DNA of 64,000 nt. Origin: Bdellovibrionales bacterium. GTDB lineage: Bacteria; Bdellovibrionota; Bdellovibrionia; Bdellovibrionales; UBA1609. The notes under the pieces were generated by a model. That model was not told the origin of the DNA, searched no databases, and worked only from the letters and a program-made list of their open reading frames with translations. Below, piece after piece: positions 10,301 through 20,284 of the stretch. The DNA lies in assembly GCA_965226095.1 (NCBI GenBank), contig OZ245336.1, positions 1,481,308-1,545,307 on the forward strand, given 5' to 3'. The position numbers and the translations under genes are program-made. Numbering within the stretch: position 1 is the stretch's first letter; each line of letters opens with the position of its first letter.

Positions 10301-11046
10301 TGTGCTCTCACTGAAGGATAATAATAAATCAAACCAAGTGTAAATATACCATGCAATCTTATGTCCCAGTCTGTTTTAGTCTCCACAGGTGCATGTAATC
10401 GCAAATCCCATCTTAAGCCAAAATCCCTTGTAATGGCAAAAATCTGTCCCATACCTATAAGAGCCGTTGGCTCCCAAACAGTGCTAGTCATCCAACTCAG
10501 ACCTCCACCAAAATTAAAAAAAGTATCAAAGGATAATACTTTTTTATTAAAGAACGCCGTTTTTCCATAAATAGGCATCCATTTATAGCTTAATCCAAAA
10601 AAAGCACCCGGAATGGAAACCTGATGCTCCCACTGCACATTAATGCCAAGACTTTCCAAATCATTAACTACTCTTCTTGTATTAGAAAAAGTGTAATAAG
10701 CACTTAATTCCAAATTATGTTTCTCTAGCAGGTGATAAGATAAGTGCGCTTCCACACCCGGGCGTAAATAAAACTCACTGCTTAAAATAAAAACAGCAGA
10801 ACTGGATAGTGAAAGTCGACCGGTTTTAGGCATAAAACGCCTTTGAATCACTGAAATATCTGAAAAAGGAATAAGATATACCAAGTCTTTAACACTTTTA
10901 ATATCTTTTCTTCTTAGCTGTTCAACATGGTAACCATCTACAGATTCTACATCTTCTTCCAATAGATCCACTTCTTCTTGTCCAAAAACCCAACAAGAAA
11001 AAGAAACAATAAAAAATAAAAATATAATTTTTTTAAACACAAACAC
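10297..11046 (-). CDS. outer-membrane beta-barrel protein (GltB/NfsB-like, myxobacterial-type OMP domain)
   Basis: 249 aa. Signal peptide and alternating amphipathic strands. Motif WMPIYGKTAFFNKKVLSFDTFFNFGGG is paralogous to the neighbouring barrel. 4-nt overlap with the next gene. Confidence 0.6.
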   Translation of the reverse strand: MFVFKKIIFLFFIVSFSCWVFGQEEVDLLEEDVESVDGYHVEQLRRKDIKSVKDLVYLIPFSDISVIQRRFMPKTGRLSLSSSAVFILSSEFYLRPGVEAHLSYHLLEKHNLELSAYYTFSNTRRVVNDLESLGINVQWEHQVSIPGAFFGLSYKWMPIYGKTAFFNKKVLSFDTFFNFGGGLSWMTSTVWEPTALIGMGQIFAITRDFGLRWDLRLHAPVETKTDWDIRLHGIFTLGLIYYYPSVRAQ

Positions 11047-11052
11047 TCTTTC

Positions 11053-11850
11053 CTACATTAAAGCTGTAATGCCCACACGTATTAAAACACGAAAAAAAAT
11101 ATTACTGTTAAAACTGGAAGGATCGGGAAGAGTATCGGAATAGGCTTCTCCTCGCTGTATTTTCAGCTGACCATCTATCGGATTAAAAGCTTTATATATT
11201 AAAAAATCTGCTCCACCATCCAAAGCTATCCAACGATTAAAATAAAACCTTTGCCCTAAACCAAAATGAGCGGCCGGCATCATCTCAATTGGAGCAACAG
11301 AACCATGTTGCTTCATATTCATAACTCCCAAACCCCAAAAAGAATAAAGAGAAAAGTTAACAGCTACTTTCTTGCCCAAGCTCATTTTTCCATAGAGAGG
11401 AGAAAATTGATAATTCAAAAACATTCCAAAAAAAGGAGCTGGAGCCCGACCAGGATCAAAATGGGAAAGCACCTTATCAGTGCCCTCTTGAGAAATACCC
11501 TCTCTCAAGGCCGATCCGATATTATTTAATACCAGACGATTTGCACCATCTACCAAAAAAGGAAAAAATACAGTGGAAATACCTATGCCATGAGATTCAT
11601 TCCAATAAAAAGCCACAGAGCCTTGAACACTATGTTTGAAAAAAAGAGGTTCATCAGCACGTAAAGCATAAGCTCCTGAAAATACCAAACGATTGGTTAA
11701 AGTTACATTCCGACTCAAGACTGCCTGGTATTTTTCAAAATAAGGCAAAGCATACTCTGATGGCAGTTCTTTTTCAGGAAACTTAATAGTTACTGCATGC
11801 ACATAAAGCGGCAAACTGATAAAAAATAAAATACACAAATTTAAAAACAT
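11053..11850 (-). CDS. outer-membrane beta-barrel protein (GltA/NfsA-like)
   Basis: 265 aa. Signal peptide MFLNLCILFFISLPLYVHA. Motif FSPLYGKMSLGKKVAVNFSLYSFWGLG is shared with the 249-aa paralogue. First gene of the operon. Confidence 0.6.
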   Translation of the reverse strand: MFLNLCILFFISLPLYVHAVTIKFPEKELPSEYALPYFEKYQAVLSRNVTLTNRLVFSGAYALRADEPLFFKHSVQGSVAFYWNESHGIGISTVFFPFLVDGANRLVLNNIGSALREGISQEGTDKVLSHFDPGRAPAPFFGMFLNYQFSPLYGKMSLGKKVAVNFSLYSFWGLGVMNMKQHGSVAPIEMMPAAHFGLGQRFYFNRWIALDGGADFLIYKAFNPIDGQLKIQRGEAYSDTLPDPSSFNSNIFFRVLIRVGITALM

Positions 11851-12006
11851 TGCCCTACTCCATTAGTATAGTGTTTCTTAAATTTTCGATCACTCACAAA
11901 TTATTGACAAGTTTTAAACTATTTTTATTATGCATAGCTTTATGTAGTACAAAATCTGTACAATAATGTCTTTCAAATAAAAAAGATAAAAAGCGAATAA
12001 TATGAA

Positions 12007-13686
12007 TTACACTCTTAAGGAAGTTGCCTTATTGTTGTGTAATTGACTGTATTTTTTTTTTACAGTTTCTGAGCGATCCTGTAGAGTAGCTGCAATGAAA
12101 TTGGCGAACAAAGGATGTGACTGTAAGGGTCGGGATTGAAACTCAGGGTGAAATTGCACAGCCATAAACCAAGGATGCTCAGAAATTTCCATAATTTCCA
12201 CCAATTCTGAATCCGGATTCACGCCAGAGCAACGCATTCCATTTTTTTCAAATAAATCCTTAAATTTGTTATTAAATTCAAAACGATGGCGATGCCGTTC
12301 AAAAATACGATCACAACCATATATTTGTTTCGCTAAACTATCCGGCTGTAAAAGACAAAGATAAGAGCCTAGGCGCATACTGGCACCTTTATTATCAACT
12401 GAAGATTGTCCAGGCATATAATCAATGACTCGATCTTCTTCTTTAAGCTTGGCTTCAAATTCAGAGCTCCCGGCATTGGCAATATGACAAACATGACGGG
12501 CAAATTCCACGGCCGCCAGCTGCATGCCCAAACAAATACCCAAAAAGGGAATATGATTTTCACGAACATAACGAACGGCAATGATCTTTCCTTCCACACC
12601 CCGCTCACCAAAGCCACCAGGAATAAGAACACCATCCAAGCCTTTCATCTTTTCAACAACATTTGTTTCAGTGACACTTTCTGAATCAATATAACAAACT
12701 TTCACCCCGGTTTTATTAGCTACCCCACCATGCACTAAAGCTTCATGAATCGATTGGTAACTATCTTTTAAATTAACATACTTACCAATCAAACCAATAG
12801 ATACCTGTTGACCTGGATTCTTAATCGTAGACACAACAGATTCCCATACAGACATATTAGAATCTCTAACCGGCAAACGCAGTCTCTTTAACAACTTCTG
12901 ATCAAAACTTTCTCTTTGCAACAGTAAAGGCACTTCGTAAATAGTTTCTACATCCGGTGTAGCAATCACATTAGCTTCATTGACACTACAAAAAAGAGCT
13001 ATCTTTTTTTTCAGACTGACAGAAATGGTTCGACTGCTCCGGCAAATTAAAAAGTCCGGCTGAATCCCCACCTCTCTTAATGCTTTTACAGAGTGTTGTG
13101 TGGGTTTGCTTTTAACTTCTCCGGCAGAAGGCACGTAAGGTACAAGTGTTAAATGCACAAAGACTGTATTTTCAAAGCCCAAGTCCACTCGCATTTGTCG
13201 AATAGCTTCTATAAAAGGCAATCCCTCAATGTCACCAATTGTGCCTCCAATTTCCACAATCACTAAATCGGCATCACCAGCCGCAGTCAGAATGCGAGAT
13301 TTGATTTCATCTGTAATATGAGGAATAACCTGAACAGTATTTCCTAAATATAAACCTTTTCTCTCTTTTAAAATGACATTTTCATAGACTTGACCGGTCG
13401 TTATGCTATTTTCTTTTTTAAGAGGTGCAGAAGTAAAACGTTCATAATGACCCAAGTCTAAGTCCGTTTCCGCACCATCAGCCGTTACATAGACTTCTCC
13501 ATGTTGAAAGGGAGACATTGTACCAGGATCCACATTCAAATAAGGATCACATTTGATAATACCGATTTTATAATTTTGCGATTCCAGTAAAGAGCCTAGA
13601 CTGGCCGCCAATAAACCTTTACCTAAAGAGGAAACCACACCACCTGTAATAAAAATAAATTTTTGATTTTTGTTTTGTGTGCTCAT
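12007..13686 (-). CDS. pyrG: CTP synthase
   Basis: 559 aa. N-terminal KFIFITGGVVSSLGKG synthetase motif. C-terminal GATase with GICLGMQ (Cys nucleophile) and HRHRFEFN. Confidence 0.97.
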   Translation of the reverse strand: MSTQNKNQKFIFITGGVVSSLGKGLLAASLGSLLESQNYKIGIIKCDPYLNVDPGTMSPFQHGEVYVTADGAETDLDLGHYERFTSAPLKKENSITTGQVYENVILKERKGLYLGNTVQVIPHITDEIKSRILTAAGDADLVIVEIGGTIGDIEGLPFIEAIRQMRVDLGFENTVFVHLTLVPYVPSAGEVKSKPTQHSVKALREVGIQPDFLICRSSRTISVSLKKKIALFCSVNEANVIATPDVETIYEVPLLLQRESFDQKLLKRLRLPVRDSNMSVWESVVSTIKNPGQQVSIGLIGKYVNLKDSYQSIHEALVHGGVANKTGVKVCYIDSESVTETNVVEKMKGLDGVLIPGGFGERGVEGKIIAVRYVRENHIPFLGICLGMQLAAVEFARHVCHIANAGSSEFEAKLKEEDRVIDYMPGQSSVDNKGASMRLGSYLCLLQPDSLAKQIYGCDRIFERHRHRFEFNNKFKDLFEKNGMRCSGVNPDSELVEIMEISEHPWFMAVQFHPEFQSRPLQSHPLFANFIAATLQDRSETVKKKYSQLHNNKATSLRV

Positions 13687-14056
13687 ATTATTCTTTTATA
13701 AACTTAAGATTACCCAAGAGAATTTTTTTATTAACTATCCCTACCTGTCACTTTTTCTGCCGCTCAATCTAAACTCACATTTTTTTAAATGCAAGTAAAA
13801 AGTAGGTTTGTTCATTCTTCGGAATTTAGTTTCTCTCAGTTGTGTTCAAACTACAAAAGTTTTCTATGCCATTACCTTGTACCTCTTTCTAATTTTATTC
13901 AATAATTTTAAATAGTTACAAACATTATACCATTATGAGACAATCAAAGAACATAATCAAGTCATTAACTTATTTTTCTTAAAGTTTTCAAACACTTAGT
14001 CCGAGAATTAAGTAGTAAAGTGAAAATAACCATTTATACACATTCTCAGGAGAAAA

Positions 14057-14539
14057 ATGATAATGAAAAACCAATTTGAAAAAATCATTCTGGCTAGCCT
14101 TTTAATTCTTATGATAAACCACACAATAGCAAGCGACAGCTACTGCGGTAAACCTAAAGACACTAATTACGAAGTGAGTATGAGATATGTAGATTATGAT
14201 GAACTGAAAAGCGATGATTTATCTCCTCCTCCTCCCAGAGAGGGATTCAATCTAAATGAAAAAGATTCAGAAGATCAAGCTCTGAAATATCAGGATGGAA
14301 ATACTGATATTATCATCACTATTAACAAAACCTCTACTGGTAATGATTGGTACTCTGGACTTGAAATAGAAAAAGTAGAAATATTGGACGATACTGGACT
14401 CTATACAGCACACTTTTTAGTACAGGATTTAATAAAAAAGGCCAACAAAGACACTAGAGAAATCAATACAGAAGACCATAGACCAACAAATCAAAAAAAT
14501 AAAAAAACAGTTACACAAGCTAAAAGAACTTGTAAATGA
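14057..14539 (+). CDS. secreted hypothetical protein; probably the 5' part of a frameshifted gene continuing in 14604..15167
   Basis: 160 aa with signal peptide (ILASLLILMINHTIA). Paralogous to 15234..16037 (DDTGLYTAHFLVQDLIKKANKD vs DDTGFLSTYALTVHLIQQAGKD). The frame closes just after an A7-T-A7 tract. Confidence 0.5.
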   Translation: MIMKNQFEKIILASLLILMINHTIASDSYCGKPKDTNYEVSMRYVDYDELKSDDLSPPPPREGFNLNEKDSEDQALKYQDGNTDIIITINKTSTGNDWYSGLEIEKVEILDDTGLYTAHFLVQDLIKKANKDTREINTEDHRPTNQKNKKTVTQAKRTCK

Positions 14540-14603
14540 AGTAGCTACCCTTGGCAAATCTAGAATAGATGCAGAAGACATTGAAGATAGCATAGGAGAT
14601 GAA

Positions 14604-15167
14604 ATGGGAGAAGGAGATGGTGTCTTAGATGTATTGGATGAGAACCCCATAAATGTTGATGAATTGTCGACACACTGGGCAACACTTATGAATAACGTTA
14701 GCCTCGCAAAAGATATACGTATTCAAGCTTATAAGAAAATGGAGAGGATTATTACTATTGATGAAGATTCTAAGATAGATGATACAGATGATGATGAAGA
14801 TTCTAGATATTATTGGGATACTGTAGGAGTACCCTCAGCATGGAGAAAAATATCTCATGAAAATTTAATACCAATAACTTTAACCAAGGCTCAAGAAGAT
14901 GCGTCAATACCAGGACAAACCAAGGCTCAATCAATATCAGAACATTATGGGGATATATTAAAAAAAGCATACGGCACAACAACGTATTATGCCAGCCAAT
15001 ATACAAAGGGTCACCCTTTAGATGTATTACTTGTTCCCAGTCACTGTACCACTGTTAATTCCCGCACTATGGGTCAACCTAGAAGTTGGTGGGGCCGCGG
15101 GAAACATTTCTTCAGAGGTGGCAAGAAGACAAAAAAATCTACGACAGGTAGTGGTGGGGTACAGTAA
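14604..15167 (+). CDS. hypothetical protein; probable 3' part of the frameshifted gene starting at 14057
   Basis: This frame is already open from 14421 and overlaps the end of the previous ORF. The upstream in-frame text KQLHKLKELVNEVATLGK aligns with KHLKLIKRIFKNVKKVRKKIKELE of the paralogue. Confidence 0.45.
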   Translation: MGEGDGVLDVLDENPINVDELSTHWATLMNNVSLAKDIRIQAYKKMERIITIDEDSKIDDTDDDEDSRYYWDTVGVPSAWRKISHENLIPITLTKAQEDASIPGQTKAQSISEHYGDILKKAYGTTTYYASQYTKGHPLDVLLVPSHCTTVNSRTMGQPRSWWGRGKHFFRGGKKTKKSTTGSGGVQ

Positions 15168-15233
15168 AAAATAATTCTTTTGATAGCTTTAGATTCTTAT
15201 GTTAAATCATACATACAATTGGAAACACAAACC

Positions 15234-16037
15234 ATGAATCACAGAAAAAATAACACACCATATTTTATTTTCTTTATAGGTTTTCTAGCTAGTGGACTGC
15301 TTCATCTACCAGCTCAGGCACAAGAAAAATGCAACACCTTTAAAACCACAAATTATAATTTTCAATTATCTCCTGATAAGTCAGATGGTATTATTTCTTT
15401 CCATAGATTGAAGATCGATCGCCGCTCCTCACCACCTGCTCAAAAAAATGATCATTTGGAATTAAAAGATGACACCGGTTTCCTATCCACCTATGCACTC
15501 ACTGTCCATCTGATTCAACAAGCCGGCAAAGATAAAGAAAAAATAAAAAAAGCAAAACATCTGAAGTTAATTAAACGAATCTTTAAAAATGTCAAAAAGG
15601 TGAGAAAAAAAATTAAAGAATTAGAAACAGCTATTCCCAAAGAAGAGAGGCTTGCTTCACATCAAGATGACATCAACACACTTCTTCAACCCATAAATAA
15701 CATCTTAAAAACATTAAAATCCAAAAATATCAGTATTGAAGCATTAGACAAAGCTTTTGAGGCTATGATAGCTTTCCCTGCTGATGCAGAAAAAACAAAC
15801 ATTGGAATTGGCATCTACGCATCTGTCAGAAAAAATAAGGATGCTCAATGGAGTCGAAAGCAATCCATTTCGGATCTGAAAGTTCTTCCTCCACTATTTG
15901 TCTCCGGTAAAAGAAAAACAAAATTTTTATGTAATAGAAGTGCAGAAAAAATTAATGTCAATATTAAGTTAAATAGTGACACCAAAACTATTCCTAGCAA
16001 ATCAAAAGAGGTACAAAGTGAAAAAAGTAAAAAATAA
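15234..16037 (+). CDS. secreted hypothetical protein (paralogue of 14057..15167)
   Basis: ATG at 15234 gives MNHRKNNTPYFIFFIGFLASGLLHLPAQA, a signal peptide. The ORF-track TTG at 15180 is less plausible. Lys-rich coiled-coil-like middle region. Confidence 0.55.
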   Translation: MNHRKNNTPYFIFFIGFLASGLLHLPAQAQEKCNTFKTTNYNFQLSPDKSDGIISFHRLKIDRRSSPPAQKNDHLELKDDTGFLSTYALTVHLIQQAGKDKEKIKKAKHLKLIKRIFKNVKKVRKKIKELETAIPKEERLASHQDDINTLLQPINNILKTLKSKNISIEALDKAFEAMIAFPADAEKTNIGIGIYASVRKNKDAQWSRKQSISDLKVLPPLFVSGKRKTKFLCNRSAEKINVNIKLNSDTKTIPSKSKEVQSEKSKK

Positions 16038-16335
16038 TACTTATATAGTCTACCTTACTTTTTTTGTTACTATTGGAATAACTTGTTTTTCTTATTTTTC
16101 CACCGCTGGTGTTTGCCTGAGGATGGACGCTAAAGTCACAGGCTATGATAAGAAGCATTTTACACTAACGACTGCTTTGAATAATTCTCCCAAAAAAACA
16201 AAAGAAGATAAACCGGCACCAAAAATAAAGATCATTCGATCTACTCTGTCTAAAAATCTGGATAAATTTTTAAAAATGAATGTCGGCAACCAAGTGCATG
16301 AATGTTTTGAAGCAAATAGTATTAAAAAACGCTAA
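16018..16335 (+). CDS. small membrane/secreted hypothetical protein
   Basis: The ORF-track frame is 15976..16335. A GTG at 16018 is preceded by agagg and is followed by a hydrophobic segment (YIVYLTFFVTIGITCFSYFSTAGVC). Confidence 0.35.
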   Translation: MKKVKNNTYIVYLTFFVTIGITCFSYFSTAGVCLRMDAKVTGYDKKHFTLTTALNNSPKKTKEDKPAPKIKIIRSTLSKNLDKFLKMNVGNQVHECFEANSIKKR

Positions 16336-16344
16336 AGATACTTT

Positions 16345-17199
16345 TTAACCTTCTTCTGAATAATCATTTAATAAAGCTCGATTATGCCAATAAAGAGCTT
16401 TTTCATCGTCTTTTTCTGTTTCCACTCCAAAATAGTACTTCATACTTAAAAGATACTGAGCTATGACATTCTCTTGGGTAGCCTCTGTCTGCAAATCTTG
16501 CATAGCTTGTCTCACACAAAAGCTATCATCACCATTGCAAGGCTCAAAATGATTGATTTTATCTTCATCCACTAAAGCAATATGAACACCCGCCGTGGAA
16601 ACATTACTCACTATCCCTACCAGCTGACCATCTATTAGCATCGGCCCTCCACTCATTCCTCGTAAATTATAATTATTAGGGTGGTCTACTACCATATAAT
16701 GATCCAGATTATATTGATTAGAATCTATAATAGATACAGGCAAAGAAGTAAAACGAGATTTCATACTTTTAGGAAAACCCTTAAGAAACCCTTCATCACC
16801 TATTGAAGATGTGTTTTCCTCTTCTCTCTTCATCAATGGGTAAAAGTCTTCAGAAGTATAATCTGCAACCTCTAAAATAGCTACATCATCTATCGCAGAA
16901 GTAGTAATCACTCTGTTAAATTGTACTTTTGTATGAGGCTGTTTAGGATGACGAAAAAATAAAACATCTTTGATGGAATCTTTTGTTTGAAGAATCGGCG
17001 AAATAACATGATAAGCTGTTAACACTTGATTGGAAGAAATAAAAACCCCAGTGCCTAAACCACATGTATTGTAAAAATCTCTTTTTACACAGAACTGTAC
17101 AACAGCAGGATCTTGTGGAACTTCTTCTGTATTTTGAGCTACAGCCAAAGGAACTGAAAGACATAAACTGAAATATAATAAAAACACTAACTTAGCCAT
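16345..17199 (-). CDS. secreted trypsin-like (S1 family) serine protease with C-terminal Sel1-like repeat
   Basis: Signal peptide MAKLVFLLYFSLCLSVPLAVA. Catalytic triad contexts LTAYHV (His), DDVAILEV (Asp), GMSGGPML (Ser). C-terminal AQYLLSMKYYFGVETEKDDEKALYWHNRA resembles a Sel1 repeat. Confidence 0.7.
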   Translation of the reverse strand: MAKLVFLLYFSLCLSVPLAVAQNTEEVPQDPAVVQFCVKRDFYNTCGLGTGVFISSNQVLTAYHVISPILQTKDSIKDVLFFRHPKQPHTKVQFNRVITTSAIDDVAILEVADYTSEDFYPLMKREEENTSSIGDEGFLKGFPKSMKSRFTSLPVSIIDSNQYNLDHYMVVDHPNNYNLRGMSGGPMLIDGQLVGIVSNVSTAGVHIALVDEDKINHFEPCNGDDSFCVRQAMQDLQTEATQENVIAQYLLSMKYYFGVETEKDDEKALYWHNRALLNDYSEEG

Positions 17200-17380
17200 G
17201 CTACTTATATATAATATAATCCAATAAAAAAACAGAAAAATTTATATTTTTACTGTTTTAAACAAATATTTCCCTATATAATTTTAAAATTTACTGAATT
17301 TATGTATTTATATTATACACCTGAATAAGTATTATACACTTCAGTTAATCATTCAGCGAAATAAGAAAAACTACTAAAAA

Positions 17381-18496
17381 CTAGAATGGATGACCAAAAG
17401 CCACTACAAAATTTGTTTGATCTTCACCTACACCAAATTCTATACGAATTTTTTTATTGTAGTCCGGCGGCAAGCCTAAACGAACACCACCTCCATAAGA
17501 ATACCTGGCTTTCAAAAGATCAAATTTTTTCTGTTCTTCATTATTCATATTGAAAAAATTATTAACAAATGATTTTTTCATCGCCGCAGCTCCCGCATCA
17601 AAAAATACTACAAAGCTCAAAAAGGAAAAAGGAGTATAGCGAAGTTCCAACTGTGATAAATAATACTGTTCACCATGAAAGCGATTCAAACGAAACCCTC
17701 TCAATGTATCCGGACCTCCCAATTGAAAACGAAACAAATAACTGGAAGATCTTACAAAAGTCGTACCTCCCTTAAACCTTACAGCCATGACAAGGTTATC
17801 TTTTGCAAAAGGAAAAAATAAACGCATATCCCCTTCCAAAAAGACTGGAGTGGGCCACTTGGTTCGGGCCCAGGTTCTGATTTCATAATACTCCCCTTTA
17901 TGAGGATTAAAATAATTGTCTCTGGAATCAAAACGAAGAAGAACACCTCCTCCAAAAGTCCATTCATCAGAAAAAACCTTCTGTTCATCTTTTTCCTTTC
18001 TATAGAGAAATTGAACGAATAAACCTGTAAACGTAGATGGACCGAGTGTAAATACATATTCCAACTGAGAGGACCATTTATTAGAGGGAATAATTTGTTG
18101 ATCCTCCGGTGTGGTATAACTACCTTGTCCATAATAAAAATCATGAAACCCGTCATACTCTGCAAAAAAATCCAGTTGAGAACCATTCTCCAGCCATCTT
18201 TGATAAGAATAGCTGGTGGAAAAAAAGAGATCTTTACTGAGTCTAACATCCAAAGCTGTGTAATAACCTATATCCCCGGTGGGGTAGACAAAAAGACGGA
18301 GACTGCCAACATGGCTAAAAGTAGCATTTCTGTAATAAGCGGGGATCACTCCAAGCTTTTGCTTTTTTTTATCTTTAGAGAAAAACCATGAAGGGCTTTC
18401 CTCTGTTTCTTCTGCAGCTATAGAGAAAGAACCCACTAAAGCAACAAAGAAGCAAAAAAATAATCTGATACCCAATAAATACAAGCGCACAAACAA
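17381..18496 (-). CDS. Omp85/D15-family outer-membrane beta-barrel protein without POTRA domains
   Basis: 371 aa with signal peptide. Has the GGPDTLRGF motif (Omp85 loop-6 RGF/Y type). Alternating aromatic strands and a terminal ...FGHPF. Confidence 0.55.
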   Translation of the reverse strand: MFVRLYLLGIRLFFCFFVALVGSFSIAAEETEESPSWFFSKDKKKQKLGVIPAYYRNATFSHVGSLRLFVYPTGDIGYYTALDVRLSKDLFFSTSYSYQRWLENGSQLDFFAEYDGFHDFYYGQGSYTTPEDQQIIPSNKWSSQLEYVFTLGPSTFTGLFVQFLYRKEKDEQKVFSDEWTFGGGVLLRFDSRDNYFNPHKGEYYEIRTWARTKWPTPVFLEGDMRLFFPFAKDNLVMAVRFKGGTTFVRSSSYLFRFQLGGPDTLRGFRLNRFHGEQYYLSQLELRYTPFSFLSFVVFFDAGAAAMKKSFVNNFFNMNNEEQKKFDLLKARYSYGGGVRLGLPPDYNKKIRIEFGVGEDQTNFVVAFGHPF

Positions 18497-18818
18497 CTCC
18501 TAAAAAGTTTCCTTCTACCTTTTATAAAATAACTTTCAGCAAAGATATGTTTTTATAAGCTCTTGTCAATTCAAAACAGGGGTTTTGAACGATTTATAAA
18601 TAACAAATTGCTCCATCTCTCGATTAAAAAACTTGCTTTATCAAAACATATTCTCATAAAACACATGTGAGCAATGGAAGTTAAAAAAAGACGAATTTCG
18701 TACTTTTCTGACAAAAAATACGAAACTCGAACAAAAAACAGGATTTAAATCTCTTTAGAGCTATGTCATGTATTTGCAGGATGCTTCTCCAGAACATAAA
18801 ATAGGAAAGGAGAAAACA

Positions 18819-20120
18819 ATGTTAACAAAAAAAATTAATACAAATACACAGCCTCGACATTTACATGGCTTTTTACGCTGGTCAGAAGATTCCCGTACAG
18901 AACAAAGAGAAATTACCTCCCTTATCAGCGTGGGTAGAGATCCAAACAATATGCTACAACTGGAGGATGACAGCGCTTCCCGTCGACATTGCCGTATTCA
19001 AAAACAAGAAAATGAAGGATTTATTTTACAGGACATGAATAGTAAAAACGGCACATTCTTAAATGGCAGTCGAGTCTTCAAAGCTTTATTAAAAAATAAT
19101 GATCATATTCAAATAGGAAATAAAGAATTTATTTTTTCATTTGAACGCTTTGACCAAAATGAAAATATCCATATAAAAAGCAAAAACACTTATTGGAGCC
19201 AACAACTCAGTACTTTGCCCAATATAGCGACGAATAATATGCCAGTACTTATTACAGGTCCCTCAGGTACCGGTAAGGAAATATTGGCTAAACTGATTCA
19301 CCGTTATTCCCATAGAAGCAAAGGCCCCATGATTTCCATCAACTGTAGTGCTGTATCAGAGTCACTCATAGAAAGTGAATTCTTCGGTCACTTAAAAGGT
19401 AGTTATACCGGCGCGCTCACTCATCGAAGCGGGGCTTTTATGGCCGCTAAAGGAGGATCCCTCTTTTTGGATGAAATTGGGGACCTGTCCTTACATCTAC
19501 AACCCAAACTACTCAGAGCTTTGGAATACCAGGAAATCAAACCTGTTGGCGCTGATCGTATGCAAAAAACAGATGTTCGAATCATCGCCGCCACTCACCA
19601 AAATTTACAGGAAAAAGTTGCTAAAAAAACTTTCCGTGCCGACTTATATTTTCGACTCAATGTCTTAAACCTCTCACTCCCTCACCTGAAAGACAGAATG
19701 GAAGACTTTGATAATCTACTTGCCTTTTTCTGTACCATGTACAACACTTCCTTTTCTCCATCCAGTATTCGTCAAATGAAGGAACACTCATGGCCAGGTA
19801 ATATCAGAGAATTAAAAAACACCGTTGCCAGAGCTAAAGCTCTTTTCTCAAATAAAATGATCGATAATAAAATGTTGCCACAGTTAATTTCGACCCCTAT
19901 TTCACCTGCTGAAGCCTATATGAGTTCAGAAGAACTATCAGAAAAATTTTCTGAATCACCATCTATTATAAAAAAAATAGAAAAAAACATGATCATAGAA
20001 AACTTGAAGAAACATAAAGGCAGACAAAGCAAAGTAGCGGAAGAATTGAATATTCCCAAAAGCACTTTAGCCGGTCGAATGAAAAAGTATGGTATTAATC
20101 CTAACCACTATAAGAAGTGA
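18819..20120 (+). CDS. sigma-54-dependent transcriptional activator with N-terminal FHA domain
   Basis: ATG at 18819 lies 6 nt after aaaggag. FHA core (SVGRDPNNMLQLEDDSASRRHCRI...NSKNGTFLNGSRV). AAA+ motifs GPSGTGKE, GAFMAAKGGSLFLDEIG, and ESEFFGH (the GAFTGA-loop region). C-terminal Fis-type HTH (KVAEELNIPKSTLAGRMKKYGI). Confidence 0.9.
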   Translation: MLTKKINTNTQPRHLHGFLRWSEDSRTEQREITSLISVGRDPNNMLQLEDDSASRRHCRIQKQENEGFILQDMNSKNGTFLNGSRVFKALLKNNDHIQIGNKEFIFSFERFDQNENIHIKSKNTYWSQQLSTLPNIATNNMPVLITGPSGTGKEILAKLIHRYSHRSKGPMISINCSAVSESLIESEFFGHLKGSYTGALTHRSGAFMAAKGGSLFLDEIGDLSLHLQPKLLRALEYQEIKPVGADRMQKTDVRIIAATHQNLQEKVAKKTFRADLYFRLNVLNLSLPHLKDRMEDFDNLLAFFCTMYNTSFSPSSIRQMKEHSWPGNIRELKNTVARAKALFSNKMIDNKMLPQLISTPISPAEAYMSSEELSEKFSESPSIIKKIEKNMIIENLKKHKGRQSKVAEELNIPKSTLAGRMKKYGINPNHYKK

Positions 20121-20284
20121 TTACAGCTGAATATAAATCACTACTTCTCTATTTTAAAATTTATTTGAAGTGAGATTTATACTTCATAGCTATATCATTT
20201 TGTAAAAACAACGAAATTTAAATCTTTTGTACGAGATTCGTTTTTATTATTTTCAACCACTATATTTTTTTCAGTTTTTCAGTC

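Noticed and set aside
11904-11931. Plus-strand TTGACA-N16-TATTAT promoter-like sequence
   Set aside because: It points into the antisense of pyrG with no plus-strand gene downstream. Chance hexamer matches are likely in AT-rich intergenic DNA.
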